Notes: a model not told the origin generated them from the letters alone. 64,000 bases of DNA from Hyphomicrobiaceae bacterium (GCA_020638065.1 JACKJG010000013.1:19058-83057); one strand, 5' to 3'; positions 33,570 to 43,822 are shown, counted from the stretch's first letter. Translations and numbers: made by a program.

Positions 33570-34433
33570 TTAATGCCCCAGAAGCCGCGCCAGGGCGATA
33601 ACCAGTTCCGATCGATTCATGGTGAAGAAGTGGAAGGCCGTCACACCACCCTCCAGCAACTCCGTCACCTGTTGGGCCGCCGTGGCCGCTGCCAGCATGC
33701 CGTGCAGATCGGTCCCCGCTTCCACCCCTTCGAAACGGCGCGTCAATTCGCCGGGAATGCGTGCCTTGCACTTGGCCGCAAAACGGCTGACTTGCACAAA
33801 ATTGTGGATCGGCTGGATGCCCGGGACGATAGGCACCGAAATCCCCGCCTTGGTGCATCGGTCCAGGAACCGCCAATAGTCGGCATTGTCGAAAAACATC
33901 TGCGTGATCGCCCGGTTGGCCCCGGCATCCACTTTGCGCTTGAGATTGTCGATATCGAATTGCCAGTCCCGGCTTTCGGGGTGCTTTTCCGGATAGGCGG
34001 CAACCGAAATGTCGAAATCGCCGATCTTGCGGATACCCGCCACCAGGTCGGCGCCATCGCGATAACCATCAGGCCGGGTCTCGAACCTCTCGCCGATACC
34101 AGCGGGCGGATCTCCGCGCAGCGCGACGATGTGATTGATCCCCGCAGCCTGATAGCCGCGGACCACCTCATCGACTTCGTCGCGCGAAGCGCCCACGCAG
34201 GTCAGGTGCGCCGCGGCCTCCAATCCGGTGCGTTTCTTCACTTCGGACACCATACGTGTGGTGCGTTCGCGGTCCGACCCGCCAGCCCCATAGGTCACCG
34301 ACACCATGCTTGGTTTGAGCGGCGCCAAGGCTTCGAGACTTTGCCAGAACTTCTCTTCCGCCGCCTCGGTCTTGGGTGGAAAGAACTCGAATGACATGGT
34401 GACGCCGCGCGCCCGTTTGGCCTCAAATGTCAT
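33570..34433 (-). CDS. metF: 5,10-methylenetetrahydrofolate reductase
   Basis: SFEFFPPKT, SVTYGAGGS, HLTCVG and LRGDPP motifs are present. ATG 34433 is preceded by GGAGAG and overlaps the upstream regulator gene by 11 nt. Confidence 0.9.
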   Translation of the reverse strand: MTFEAKRARGVTMSFEFFPPKTEAAEEKFWQSLEALAPLKPSMVSVTYGAGGSDRERTTRMVSEVKKRTGLEAAAHLTCVGASRDEVDEVVRGYQAAGINHIVALRGDPPAGIGERFETRPDGYRDGADLVAGIRKIGDFDISVAAYPEKHPESRDWQFDIDNLKRKVDAGANRAITQMFFDNADYWRFLDRCTKAGISVPIVPGIQPIHNFVQVSRFAAKCKARIPGELTRRFEGVEAGTDLHGMLAAATAAQQVTELLEGGVTAFHFFTMNRSELVIALARLLGH

Positions 34434-35403
34434 CGCTATTTCTCTCCAGTTTGGCTTTTTCGAGCGTCCAGACACAGACCGTTAGTGCCTTGTCTCCTGC
34501 CCCTTTGGACGGCGGCAGGATAAGGCAGGATGAAACCTGCAGCCCCGCCCCGCTTGCCCAGATATTCATCTGATCTTCCGAAAGCCCCAATCGCCGATGC
34601 GCCTGTTCGGCACGCAGAAATTCCAGCTCGTGCGGCGCGAAATCGACCACGACAACCCGGCCGTTGGACCGAAGCAGTTCCGCCGCCCGCTCCAGCACCG
34701 CGCGCGGATGGTCGAAATAGTGAAGAACCTGATGAATTGTGATCAGGTCGGCCGCCTCACCCTCGAGATCGAGGCAGGTCACGTCACCATGCCGCACATG
34801 CGTCTGGGAAAGTCCGGCCTCGTTGATCCGCGCCCGCGCCACGGCCAGCATGTCTCTGCTGCTGTCAACGCCGATCCCGCGCACATAATGAGCGGCCAGA
34901 AGCTCGAGCATTCGGCCTGTGCCGGTCCCAAGATCCACCATCAGATCGTATTTGCGCTCGCCGACTGCCTTGAGAATTGCCGCCTCGACAGTTTCTTCGG
35001 AAACGTGAATCTTGCGCAACGCGTCCCAACTCTCGGCCACATCGGCAAAAAACGAATTGGCCCGCGCTCTTTGCTGGTCACGCAGTTTTTTCAGGGCTTC
35101 ATGATCCGCGCGCAACACTTCGTCATTGCTTCCCACAAGTTCAACCGCATATCTGGCCAGCCCACCCTTGCCGCCGATGTCTGCGAGCCGGAAATAGGCC
35201 CATGCCCCTTCCGAATGCCGTTCCACCAAACCGGCATCCGCCAACAGTTTCAGGTGCCGCGAAATACGCGGTTGGCTCTGGCCCAGAATGTCGGTGAGGT
35301 CCTTGACGGTCAGCTCCCCGGCGGACAAAAGTGCGAGCAGGCGCAGCCGCGTCGGCTCACCCGCCGCCTTCAGGGCATCCACACTTTGCTGCAATCCGGC
35401 CAT
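34423..35403 (-). CDS. sahR: ArsR-family HTH fused to SAM-methyltransferase-like domain (SahR-type regulator of methionine/SAM-cycle genes)
   Basis: The N-terminal ArsR wHTH is ALKAAGEPTRLRLLALLSAGELTVKDLTDILGQSQPRISRHLKLLADAGLV. The C-terminal class I MTase fold is VDLGTGTGRMLELLA. The fused architecture and position directly upstream of metF match the SahR regulators described in Proteobacteria. The symbol is given on that basis only. Confidence 0.72.
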   Translation of the reverse strand: MAGLQQSVDALKAAGEPTRLRLLALLSAGELTVKDLTDILGQSQPRISRHLKLLADAGLVERHSEGAWAYFRLADIGGKGGLARYAVELVGSNDEVLRADHEALKKLRDQQRARANSFFADVAESWDALRKIHVSEETVEAAILKAVGERKYDLMVDLGTGTGRMLELLAAHYVRGIGVDSSRDMLAVARARINEAGLSQTHVRHGDVTCLDLEGEAADLITIHQVLHYFDHPRAVLERAAELLRSNGRVVVVDFAPHELEFLRAEQAHRRLGLSEDQMNIWASGAGLQVSSCLILPPSKGAGDKALTVCVWTLEKAKLERNSDDI

Positions 35404-35414
35404 CCGCTCCTCGA

Positions 35415-35436
35415 GATATAAAGATATCTTTATATC
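35415..35436. promoter_or_regulatory. 22-bp perfect palindrome, candidate SahR/ArsR operator
   Basis: GATATAAAGAT|ATCTTTATATC lies 12 nt upstream of the sahR-like start codon, in the divergent sahR/uxaC intergenic region. It is the only AT-rich element there. Confidence 0.5.
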
Positions 35437-35558
35437 CTATCCAACCCGGCTGTCGAGTCGCGGTTGGCGTGTCAGCTTTTCGTCTGGTTGACCTTTACTC
35501 GTGGCTCAGGCTGGTGTCTGAACAGTGCCGGAACGCATTGACTGGATCTGAAACCGAT

Positions 35559-36965
35559 ATGAGCTTGCATCCCGATCGCTTTTTTAGCGGCGACGCCCAA
35601 TCCCGATCGGCCGCCCGCGAGATTTACGAATCCATCTCCGGTCTGCCGATTATTTCGCCTCACGGCCACACCGATCCAGAGTGGTTTGCCAGCAATCAGC
35701 CATTTTCGGATGCGGCCTCGCTATTCCTGACGCCCGACCATTACGTGTTGCGTATGCTGTTTTCGCAAGGATTGTCCTACGAAGACCTTGGAGTTCCGCG
35801 AAAAGATGGCACAGCGGTTGCCGACGGCCGCAGCGCGTGGCGAAGGTTCGCGGCCAATTATCACCTCTTCCTTGGCACGCCCTCGCGCACCTGGATCGAC
35901 CATTCTCTGCAATGGGCGTTCGGAATCTCCGAAACCCTCAGCACGGAAACCGCCGATCGAATCTTCGATCAGATCAACGAACGCCTGACCGAACCCGATT
36001 TTCTGCCGCGTGCCATTCTGGAAAAGGCCAAGGTCGAAACCATCGCGACCACCGAATTCGCCCTCGACCCGCTTCAGCATCATCAAAGTCTGAAACAACA
36101 AGGTTTGATCGGCCTTGTCCGGACCACTTACAGACCGGACGATGTCACCGATCCGGACAATCCCGGCTTTCTCGCCAACCTGGCGACGCTGGCCGAGACA
36201 ACCAATGAGGACACGCGGAACTGGCCGGGATTGATCGATGCTCACCGCAAGCGCCGTGCCCTCTTCCGCGAATTCGGTGCCACCGCCACCGACCATGCCG
36301 CACCAACGGCGCTGACCGCCGATCTGCCCGAACATGAAAAGCAGGCGCTACTCGACCGGCTCCATTGCGGCACCATTTCGCCGGAAGATGCCGAACTGTT
36401 TCGCGCGCAGATGCTCACCGAAATGGCCATGCTATCCGTCGAAGACGGGATGGTCATGCAGTTTCACGCCGGTTCGCGCCGCAATACAGATCCCGTCCTG
36501 ATGGCCCAACGCGGCCCCAATCTGGGTGCGGACATTCCGGTTCCCGTCGATCCGGTGCGCGGTCTCGAACCCTTGCTGCAAAAATTCGGCCGCTCGCCGG
36601 ACTTTCATATGATTTTCTTCTGCCTCGACGAGAGTGTGCTGGCCCGCGAACTTGCGCCGATGGCCGGCTATTGGCCCGCCCTGAAACTCGGACCGCCCTG
36701 GTGGTTCCACGACAGTCCGCGCGGTATCGCACGTTACCTTGATCGCGTCGTCGAAACCGCGGGCTTCTTCAATCTGGCAGGTTTCAACGACGACACCCGC
36801 GCCCTGCTCTCCATCCCTGCCCGGCACGATGTCTGGCGGAGATGTGTCGCCGACTTTCTCGCGCAGATGGTCACCGCAAACACTCTTGGAAAACCGGACG
36901 CCCTGCAGATTGCCGCCTGGCTGAGCTACGAGTCCGCCAAGGTTGCCTACAATATCCCGGCTTGA
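35559..36965 (+). CDS. uxaC: Glucuronate (uronate) isomerase
   Basis: The 468-aa product has SPHGHTDP (metal-binding HxH), DHYVLRML and the C-terminal GPPWWFHDS..FNDDTRALLSIPARHDVWRR. These parallel E. coli UxaC (DHYKWRAM, WWFND, TDSRSFLSY.RHEYFRR). Confidence 0.85.
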   Translation: MSLHPDRFFSGDAQSRSAAREIYESISGLPIISPHGHTDPEWFASNQPFSDAASLFLTPDHYVLRMLFSQGLSYEDLGVPRKDGTAVADGRSAWRRFAANYHLFLGTPSRTWIDHSLQWAFGISETLSTETADRIFDQINERLTEPDFLPRAILEKAKVETIATTEFALDPLQHHQSLKQQGLIGLVRTTYRPDDVTDPDNPGFLANLATLAETTNEDTRNWPGLIDAHRKRRALFREFGATATDHAAPTALTADLPEHEKQALLDRLHCGTISPEDAELFRAQMLTEMAMLSVEDGMVMQFHAGSRRNTDPVLMAQRGPNLGADIPVPVDPVRGLEPLLQKFGRSPDFHMIFFCLDESVLARELAPMAGYWPALKLGPPWWFHDSPRGIARYLDRVVETAGFFNLAGFNDDTRALLSIPARHDVWRRCVADFLAQMVTANTLGKPDALQIAAWLSYESAKVAYNIPA

Positions 36966-36970
36966 ATCAG

Positions 36971-36996
36971 AAAGGGTGGCCCTTGGACCACCCTTT
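36971..36996. terminator. Hairpin between convergent uxaC and the 37022-38155 gene (possible bidirectional terminator)
   Basis: AAAGGGTGG-N8-CCACCCTTT forms a 9-bp stem 6 nt after the uxaC stop. T/A runs are weak. Confidence 0.4.
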
Positions 36997-37021
36997 CAGC
37001 GCGACCTTTTTCAAGATGGCG

Positions 37022-38155
37022 TCAAGACGCCAAAAGCTCGGTCAATTCAGGAGTGATATTGTGCTTGCGGAACGCATGTGCGCGCCAGGACTCGAACGAA
37101 CGCTCGGCCTCACCCGGGTCGAGCCGGTCAAAACGCACCAAAGCGGTGTCGATGGCCGACTGTTCCGGCGTCTCGCGCCAGGGCAGAATGCGTAGTGTCC
37201 GCTCGAACATGTCCGGTGCCATGCCCATGGACCGGCAGGCAATGGTCATCGCCCGATAGTCCTGAGTTGCCAGCCACTTCACGAAGACTTCCTGCTTCAA
37301 ACCCAGCATCAGGGTGATGGCAGCACCCAGATGGTGGCCGTAGGCAAACTTGGCGAACCGTTCCAGCGCCCGGTCATCAAGCTGCCGGCGATCGGACAAT
37401 GCCTTGATCTGGTTCCAGGCAATGCTCCACTCATGGGCCGAAAAACCCGCCCGTGCATGCAGCCGGTTGAATGCGATCGTGCTCGCCTTTTCCATGGTCT
37501 GCGGATCGGCTGCCCGGGAAATGGTCTGGAGTTGACCCAGAACCTTTTGGCCAGCATCGCTGACACGGTTTGCAAGGGCAGACCAGTCCACCTTGCGGCG
37601 GCTGAGTTTTTGCGTGATTTCCGCGCTTTCCGCAGCCTTTTCAACCAGATCGCTCAGCGTATCATTTGTTAGCTGCGCAGTTTCGTTTTCGACCAGCCGG
37701 CCAATGGACGCGTCCTGGCCGTGATCGACGATGGCGTGCCCGACCCGATCGCTGACATCCTGCCGGCCGGCAATGATGACGCGATGGTCTTCGCTCTGCC
37801 CGGCCACGATTTCGATCAGATCGTCATCGCTCAGGACATTCGAGAATTCGAGCAACGGCCTGGCCACTTCGACCTCGTCATTGGCCAGTTTGATGACAAC
37901 CGTGCCCGGCGCCCGCTGTAGCGGCGCCAACAACTTGGCGACCTCGCCGCGGGCCTCGGCCTCGACGAGTTCGGCCAACTGGCACAAGACTTCGTCATAT
38001 TGTTCGACCTGATCGTCATCGCAACGATCGGACACGAACGTGAACAATTGCGCCATGTTGCGGAACAGTTGATCGCGTTCCGTGGCACCGGCATCACTGT
38101 CGAGCGCGCGAAAACTCGTGAATGCCCGCGCTGTCGTTTCAGTATTTTCCAACAT
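37022..38155 (-). CDS. Conserved hypothetical all-helical protein (possibly DUF2336 family)
   Basis: The 377-aa ORF has host-like codon usage and starts at MLENTETT. Repeated helical segments are present and there is no TM segment or signal peptide. The DUF2336 assignment is from memory and unverified. Confidence 0.5.
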   Translation of the reverse strand: MLENTETTARAFTSFRALDSDAGATERDQLFRNMAQLFTFVSDRCDDDQVEQYDEVLCQLAELVEAEARGEVAKLLAPLQRAPGTVVIKLANDEVEVARPLLEFSNVLSDDDLIEIVAGQSEDHRVIIAGRQDVSDRVGHAIVDHGQDASIGRLVENETAQLTNDTLSDLVEKAAESAEITQKLSRRKVDWSALANRVSDAGQKVLGQLQTISRAADPQTMEKASTIAFNRLHARAGFSAHEWSIAWNQIKALSDRRQLDDRALERFAKFAYGHHLGAAITLMLGLKQEVFVKWLATQDYRAMTIACRSMGMAPDMFERTLRILPWRETPEQSAIDTALVRFDRLDPGEAERSFESWRAHAFRKHNITPELTELLAS

Positions 38156-38348
38156 ACTTCCCTCCCGAGGGGTTCTCCGTGCTGTGCCACACAATGCCCG
38201 AAACCCTTGGACGAGACTTGAAACGCAAAAAGCAAGATTGAATAAAGTTTTATCAATCCGGCATTGGCCGAAATGCGGTTGACATTGCCGGTCAGCGCCC
38301 CCAACGTTGAAATCCTTTACAAAATGCTAACGCCACGGGGACGCGACG

Positions 38349-40154
38349 ATGGCGACATTTCTCGTAATCAACACCGACGATTCCGGGTCTGGCAGCCTTC
38401 GCGACGCGATCGACGCGGCAAACGCCAATCCGGATGCGGACAAGATCGAGTTCGCGCCGTGGCTGAGTGGCAGTGAAATCAATCTGCAATCGACGCTGAC
38501 CATTTCGTCGGGGACGCTGACCATCAACGGCGATATCGACGGTGACGGCAGCCCAGACATTACCATTTCAGGTGATCAGGACGATAATGGCGCCGATACA
38601 GGCGACCTTAGAAACCTGTTGACCGTCACTGCTCAGTCCGAAGTCACTCTCAACGCCCTGCATTTCACCGGAGCATATTTTGCGAGCTATCAGCAAGGTC
38701 TTGAAGCCGCGGTTGGCATACATAATGCCGGAATACTGACGATCAAAGATTCAATTTTATCGGACATGATCGCCGTCGGCGCTCATGGGTCAAGCATCAA
38801 CAGTGACTATGTTAGTGGTCACGACGGCACGGCGGGGATCGTCAATTTCGGAACCCTCACGATCTCCGACACAATGTTCGACGAGATGCGTGCTTCCGGC
38901 GGCGATGGAAATGTCTATGCTAACCTCGTCTATGGACATGGTGGGCGCGCGACCGCCGGGATCCGCAACAACGGCACCGTTTATGCAAGCGGCATCGGTA
39001 TCAGTAACGCATACGTTCGGGACGGCGGCGGCACTGTATCAGGTATTGGAGGCGATGCGATCGCCGGCATCCAAACGACCGGCCTGTTTTCAACTGCCAA
39101 CGTTACCGGCCCGGTTGCGGTTTACAACAATACCTTTGGTTATGGCAGTGGCAGCAATGGCGACCATCTTGAGGGCGGCATCTACGGTTCCGGGATCGTC
39201 GCACTTGCGATGCCGTCCATGTCGAACGGCGGTCAGTTGGCCTATGTCGGCTTCATGGGGACCTACTTTGGATTCGGCGGCAATGACCTCATCAACAATG
39301 GTCCGCCAGACGGCTACGGCAAACTTTACGGCCAGGGCGGCAACGATACGATCATCACCTATGGCTACGGCGCAAGGGCCTATGGCGGGTCCGGCAATGA
39401 CATAATTCGCAATGTGGGCATGCTCGCCTCGACAATGGATGGCGGCTCAGGGGTTGACCTGTTCGACCTTGCCGGAAACTTCTCCGGCTTGAATTTCACC
39501 CTCAATATGGCCACTGGCGTCAGCAACATCGGCACCGTCCGCAATTTTGAAAATGTCCTTGGCGAAAACAATGCGAGCCGAAGCGACAATATTCGCGGCA
39601 CCGACGGCGCCAACGTGATTGCCGGCCGTGATGGAGACGACATTCTCAAGGGACTGGGCGGCAACGACCAGATTCTGGGTGGCAAAGGCGACGACGATAT
39701 TCGTGGTGGTGATGCCAATGACATCCTGCGCGGCGGTAACAACACCGATACGCTGAGAGGCGACAACGGCAGCGACATTGTGCATGGCGGCTCCGGAGCC
39801 GACTTCCTGTTTGGCGGCAACGCCAACGACAGGTTGCGAGGTGGCGACGGCAGCGACGAATTGCAGGGCGACAAAGGCAACGACGTGCTGCGCGGCGGCG
39901 GCGGCAAGGACACCTTCATTTTCGGCAAGGGGTTCGACAAGGATTCTGTCCGCGACTTTACCGACAATACCGATCAGATCGCTCTCAACGACAATCTGTG
40001 GAAGGGCACATTGTCCAAGACCCAGATTCTGAACCAGTTCGCAACGCTCAAGGGCAATGGCGACGTCGTCTTCGATTTCGGCAACGGCGACATATTCACG
40101 ATCAAGGACGCCGGCAGTGTCGCGATCTTCAAGAACGACATGGTCATCGTGTAG
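38349..40154 (+). CDS. P1: beta-helix (Pmp-like Gly-rich repeat) / RTX calcium-binding protein, probable T1SS substrate
   Basis: The N-terminus MATFLVINTDDSGSGSLRDAI has no signal peptide. INGDIDGDGSPDITISGD follows, then AGIxNxGxL units. About 12 GGxGxDxUx nonapeptides are present (GGNDQILGGKGDDDIRGGDANDILRGGNNTDTL..). The tail is DTFIFGKGFDKDSVRDF..KNDMVIV. Confidence 0.88.
   Translation: MATFLVINTDDSGSGSLRDAIDAANANPDADKIEFAPWLSGSEINLQSTLTISSGTLTINGDIDGDGSPDITISGDQDDNGADTGDLRNLLTVTAQSEVTLNALHFTGAYFASYQQGLEAAVGIHNAGILTIKDSILSDMIAVGAHGSSINSDYVSGHDGTAGIVNFGTLTISDTMFDEMRASGGDGNVYANLVYGHGGRATAGIRNNGTVYASGIGISNAYVRDGGGTVSGIGGDAIAGIQTTGLFSTANVTGPVAVYNNTFGYGSGSNGDHLEGGIYGSGIVALAMPSMSNGGQLAYVGFMGTYFGFGGNDLINNGPPDGYGKLYGQGGNDTIITYGYGARAYGGSGNDIIRNVGMLASTMDGGSGVDLFDLAGNFSGLNFTLNMATGVSNIGTVRNFENVLGENNASRSDNIRGTDGANVIAGRDGDDILKGLGGNDQILGGKGDDDIRGGDANDILRGGNNTDTLRGDNGSDIVHGGSGADFLFGGNANDRLRGGDGSDELQGDKGNDVLRGGGGKDTFIFGKGFDKDSVRDFTDNTDQIALNDNLWKGTLSKTQILNQFATLKGNGDVVFDFGNGDIFTIKDAGSVAIFKNDMVIV
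39636..40154 (+). repeat. Near-identical ~520-bp 3' cassette, copy 1 (RTX block + C-terminal tail of P1)
   Basis: By-eye nucleotide alignment with 41504-42022 and 45242-45760 shows only scattered substitutions (for example GGCAAC/GGCCAC and AAAGGC/AGAGGC). Confidence 0.85.
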
Positions 40155-40171
40155 GACAGGAACCGGGACGC

Positions 40172-42022
40172 ATGACAACCTTTCTTGTCATCAACAACAA
40201 TGATAGCGGCTCCGGCAGCCTTCGTCAGGCAATCCTGAACGCGGAAGAAAGCTCCAGCCCGGGCAAGGACGTCATCGAATTCGCCTCGTGGATGAGCGGC
40301 CAAACCATCCAACTGCAATCAACCCTGCAAATCCAGACCGGCAAATTGTCGATGAATTTCGACCTCGACGGCGATGGTCTTGGCGACATCACCCTGTCCG
40401 GCGACAACGGAACGCAGGGATTTTACAAAGACGCCAGCGATATCGGTCTTCTGATTCAGGTTGGCGCATCCGCGAACGTGTCCATCAGCTCCCTTAATGC
40501 GGTCGGCGGAGGTGAAAACGCAACTCAGGGCGACCGAGCAATCGCCGGGATCCAAAACTACGGCATTCTGACGCTCACCGACTCCTACATGAGCCACCTC
40601 AAGGCCTATGGCGGAACAAATTACTATTCCGGCGGCAACGCGATCTCTGGCATACATAACCAAGGGACGCTGTACGTCTCGAACACCCAATTCAATGAAC
40701 TGCGCGCCCAGGGTGGGGCCGGCACCGCCCTGAACCTGAGTAGCTACACCTACGGTTATAATGGCGGGACCGCTGCGGTCGGCATTTTCAATAGCGGGAC
40801 GGGCGGCGTTGTCGTTGAACAATTCAACGTCAGCAATGCGCGGCTGTTTGGCGGAGACGGCGCAGGCGGGTCCGCACGCAACGGCGCCGGCGGCGACACA
40901 TATCTTGGTGTGACCACGTTCGCCGGTTCTGTGGCGGGCGATCTTGGCTGGCAAGCCGCACAAAACTATTCCGGCGACAGCGGCGCCGGCGGCGCGGCGC
41001 TTCAGCCGCCAAGCGTTGAGCACGAAAACCGTGGCACCAGCGGACTTGTTGCCCGAGCGCAACCCGAATTCGGAACCATGCTTGGCGATGGAATGTACTC
41101 GTACGGTGCGGGTGGCGTGTTGATCGGGCTCGCAGGTCGCGACCGATTGAACGATTTTGGCGGCGGCGGTTTCCTGTATGGTGGTGGCGGGAACGACTAC
41201 ATCTTGACCAAAGGGGCCAATGGCAAGGCCTATGGCGGCGCGGGAAACGATGTCATCAAGAACACATCCCTGCTGGCCATCACCATGAATGGCGGAGACG
41301 GGACCGACCTGCTTGATGTCTCACAAGACATCTGGAATTTCGAGTTCAACATGGTGACAGGTGTTGCGAAAACTGTCAGCCCGTCCAATTCGGCAAAATT
41401 CTTTGATAGTTCTGCCCTTAATTTCGAAAATGTGAACGGCACAAACCAGATCGACAAAATCACCGGCACAAACGGCGCCAACATCATCATCGGTAACGAC
41501 GGCGACGACATTCTCAAGGGACTGGGCGGCAACGACCAGATTCTGGGGGGCAAAGGCGACGACGATATTCGTGGTGGTGATGCCAATGACATCCTGCGCG
41601 GCGGTAACAACACCGATACGCTGAGAGGCGACAACGGCAGCGACATCGTGCACGGCGGCTCCGGAGCAGACTTCCTGTTTGGCGGCAACGCCAACGACAG
41701 GTTGCGAGGTGGCGACGGCAGCGACGAATTGCAGGGCGACAGAGGCAACGACGTGCTGCGCGGCGGCGGCGGCAAGGACACCTTCATTTTCGGCAAGGGG
41801 TTCGACAAGGACTCTGTCCGCGACTTTACCGACAATACCGATCAGATCGCTCTCAATGACAATCTGTGGAAGGGCACATTGTCCAAGACCCAGATTCTGA
41901 ACCAGTTCGCCACGCTCAAGGGCAATGGCGACGTCGTCTTCGATTTCGGCCACGGAGACATATTCACGATCAAGGACGCCGGCAGTGTCGCGATCTTCAA
42001 GAACGACATGGTGATTATCTAA
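40172..42022 (+). CDS. P2: beta-helix / RTX calcium-binding protein paralog
   Basis: Start MTTFLVINNNDSGSGSLRQAILNAEESS lies 17 nt after the P1 stop. It has the same architecture. The track ORF start at 39998 lies inside P1 and is rejected. Confidence 0.88.
   Translation: MTTFLVINNNDSGSGSLRQAILNAEESSSPGKDVIEFASWMSGQTIQLQSTLQIQTGKLSMNFDLDGDGLGDITLSGDNGTQGFYKDASDIGLLIQVGASANVSISSLNAVGGGENATQGDRAIAGIQNYGILTLTDSYMSHLKAYGGTNYYSGGNAISGIHNQGTLYVSNTQFNELRAQGGAGTALNLSSYTYGYNGGTAAVGIFNSGTGGVVVEQFNVSNARLFGGDGAGGSARNGAGGDTYLGVTTFAGSVAGDLGWQAAQNYSGDSGAGGAALQPPSVEHENRGTSGLVARAQPEFGTMLGDGMYSYGAGGVLIGLAGRDRLNDFGGGGFLYGGGGNDYILTKGANGKAYGGAGNDVIKNTSLLAITMNGGDGTDLLDVSQDIWNFEFNMVTGVAKTVSPSNSAKFFDSSALNFENVNGTNQIDKITGTNGANIIIGNDGDDILKGLGGNDQILGGKGDDDIRGGDANDILRGGNNTDTLRGDNGSDIVHGGSGADFLFGGNANDRLRGGDGSDELQGDRGNDVLRGGGGKDTFIFGKGFDKDSVRDFTDNTDQIALNDNLWKGTLSKTQILNQFATLKGNGDVVFDFGHGDIFTIKDAGSVAIFKNDMVII
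41504..42022 (+). repeat. Near-identical ~520-bp 3' cassette, copy 2 (P2)
   Basis: See copy 1. The encoded 172 aa differ from P1 at only a few positions (K/R, N/H, terminal VIV/VII). Confidence 0.85.
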
Positions 42023-42040
42023 AAGCGGAGACCCGGACAG

Positions 42041-43822
42041 ATGGCTACATTTCTCGTCATAAATACCAACGATTCAGGCGCTGGCAGTCTACGCGATGCT
42101 ATCGAGGCGGCGGCCGCCGACCCGGATGCGGACACGATCAAGTTCGCCTCCTGGCTGAGCGGCGAAACGATTTTCCTCCAGGATACACTGACCATCGAAT
42201 CCGGGACGGTGACCATCAACGGAGACATTAATGGTGATGGAGATCCGGATGTCATCATCTCTGGCGATGCGGGAGACGATGGCAAGTCTCTTGACGACGT
42301 TGGCATTCTGCTCCAGGTCCGGTCCGGAGCAAATGCCACGATCCAGTCCATGCATTTCACCGAGGCCTACGCGAAGGGGGCGAACGGATCAGGCTATTCT
42401 GGCGGCGGCACGGCCATCGCGGGTATTTCCAACCAGGGCGATCTCAGATTCTTCGATTCCGTGCTCCAGAATGCGCAAGCTTTCGGCGGCGATGGCGCAT
42501 CATCAACAATCTACGCACGCCATGGCGGCGATGGCTTCGCCGGCATCTACAATAGTGGCACGGCCTATATCCGAGATTCGCTTCTCACCACTGTATTTGC
42601 CTATGGTGGAGACGGCGCCGATGGGACTTTGGGAGGGGACGGTGGAAACGCAACCGCCGGCTTCTGGAATTTCGGCACGTTGAGGACCATCAATGCCGGC
42701 ATGAGTAGTTTCGGTGCATTCGCTGGCGCTGGCGGAGACTCCAGCACATCGGCTGACGGCGGCGACGGTGGCAACTCAAGACTGGGAATTCTGAATTACG
42801 GATCCTACCTGCCCCTGGGCCCTTCTGTGCATTCGGCCGGAGGTGCAAGTTTTGGGTTAGGGGGAACGTCCAACGGGGGTCAGAGCGGCGCCAATGGCAC
42901 CTTTCTGGAAAACTTCGCGGCATTGCAGGCAACATATACATCTGGGTTTTCCCAATTCGGCGATGTCATAACCGTCCCCATTGCACAAACTTTCATGGGC
43001 TTGGCGGGCGCCGATAGAATCGACAATTCTGGAGGCAGCGGAAAGCTCTATGGCGGCAGCGGCAACGATTACATCCTGACCAATGGCGCCAATGTTAAGG
43101 TCCAGGGCGGCTTGGGCGATGATTTCGTAAGAAATACCGGCATCGGCAATTCCACCATGATGTACGGGGGAAAAGGCAACGACACGCTTCAGCTCGACAA
43201 TGTCGGCCGCAATTTCACGCTGAACCTTTTGTCGGGCAATGCGATCAACAACAGCAACATTTACGGTTTTGAAAACATCATTGGCGACGACGACGCCAAT
43301 TTTACCGACCGCATCACCGGCGACAATAGCCGCAACATCCTCATCGGACGCAAGGGTGCCGACATCCTGAAGGGCATGAACGGCGACGATCAGCTATTTG
43401 GCGGCGACCAGGACGACAAGCTCTTCGGCGGCAACGATGATGATCACCTGTTCGGCGGGAACAACAACGACTCGCTGCAGGGCAACGACGGCAACGATCT
43501 GCTGTTCGGCGAAAACGGCAAGGACCTTCTGGACGGCGGCAGGAACGACGATCAGCTGGTTGGCGGCGGCAACAACGATCAGTTCAAGTTCGGCAAAGGC
43601 TACGACCGCGACGTGGTCATGGATTTCCAGGACAATATCGACACACTGGTCATCAACGACAATCTTTGGAAAGGCACGTTGTCCAGGAACCAGGTCCTCA
43701 TTCAATTCGCCACGCTCAAGAATAATGGTGACGTTGTCCTGAATTTCGGCAATGGCGACATTTTCAAGATCAAGGATGTCGGCAGCGTCGATGCTCTCAA
43801 GAACGACATGACAATCGTCTAG
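42041..43822 (+). CDS. P3: beta-helix / RTX calcium-binding protein paralog
   Basis: MATFLVINTNDSGAGSLRDAI, INGDINGDGDPDVIISGD and four AGIxNxG / GGDGG units are present, followed by an RTX block. The tail DQFKFGKGYDRDVVMDF..KNDMTIV is diverged from the cassette copies. Start is 18 nt after the P2 stop. Confidence 0.88.
   Translation: MATFLVINTNDSGAGSLRDAIEAAAADPDADTIKFASWLSGETIFLQDTLTIESGTVTINGDINGDGDPDVIISGDAGDDGKSLDDVGILLQVRSGANATIQSMHFTEAYAKGANGSGYSGGGTAIAGISNQGDLRFFDSVLQNAQAFGGDGASSTIYARHGGDGFAGIYNSGTAYIRDSLLTTVFAYGGDGADGTLGGDGGNATAGFWNFGTLRTINAGMSSFGAFAGAGGDSSTSADGGDGGNSRLGILNYGSYLPLGPSVHSAGGASFGLGGTSNGGQSGANGTFLENFAALQATYTSGFSQFGDVITVPIAQTFMGLAGADRIDNSGGSGKLYGGSGNDYILTNGANVKVQGGLGDDFVRNTGIGNSTMMYGGKGNDTLQLDNVGRNFTLNLLSGNAINNSNIYGFENIIGDDDANFTDRITGDNSRNILIGRKGADILKGMNGDDQLFGGDQDDKLFGGNDDDHLFGGNNNDSLQGNDGNDLLFGENGKDLLDGGRNDDQLVGGGNNDQFKFGKGYDRDVVMDFQDNIDTLVINDNLWKGTLSRNQVLIQFATLKNNGDVVLNFGNGDIFKIKDVGSVDALKNDMTIV

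Noticed and set aside
38279-38348. Candidate promoter for the P1-P4 operon (TTGACA at 38279-38284).
   Set aside because: No acceptable -10 hexamer lies 16-19 nt downstream (CAACGT). The region is AT-richer and probably contains the promoter, but I cannot place it.
39998-40171. Upstream extension of P2 (track ORF start MEGHIVQDPDSEPV... at 39998). The same peptide appears at 41866 and 45604.
   Set aside because: It lies in an alternative frame inside the 3' cassette of the preceding gene, which is why it appears three times. The conserved family N-terminus MTTFLVINN begins at 40172.
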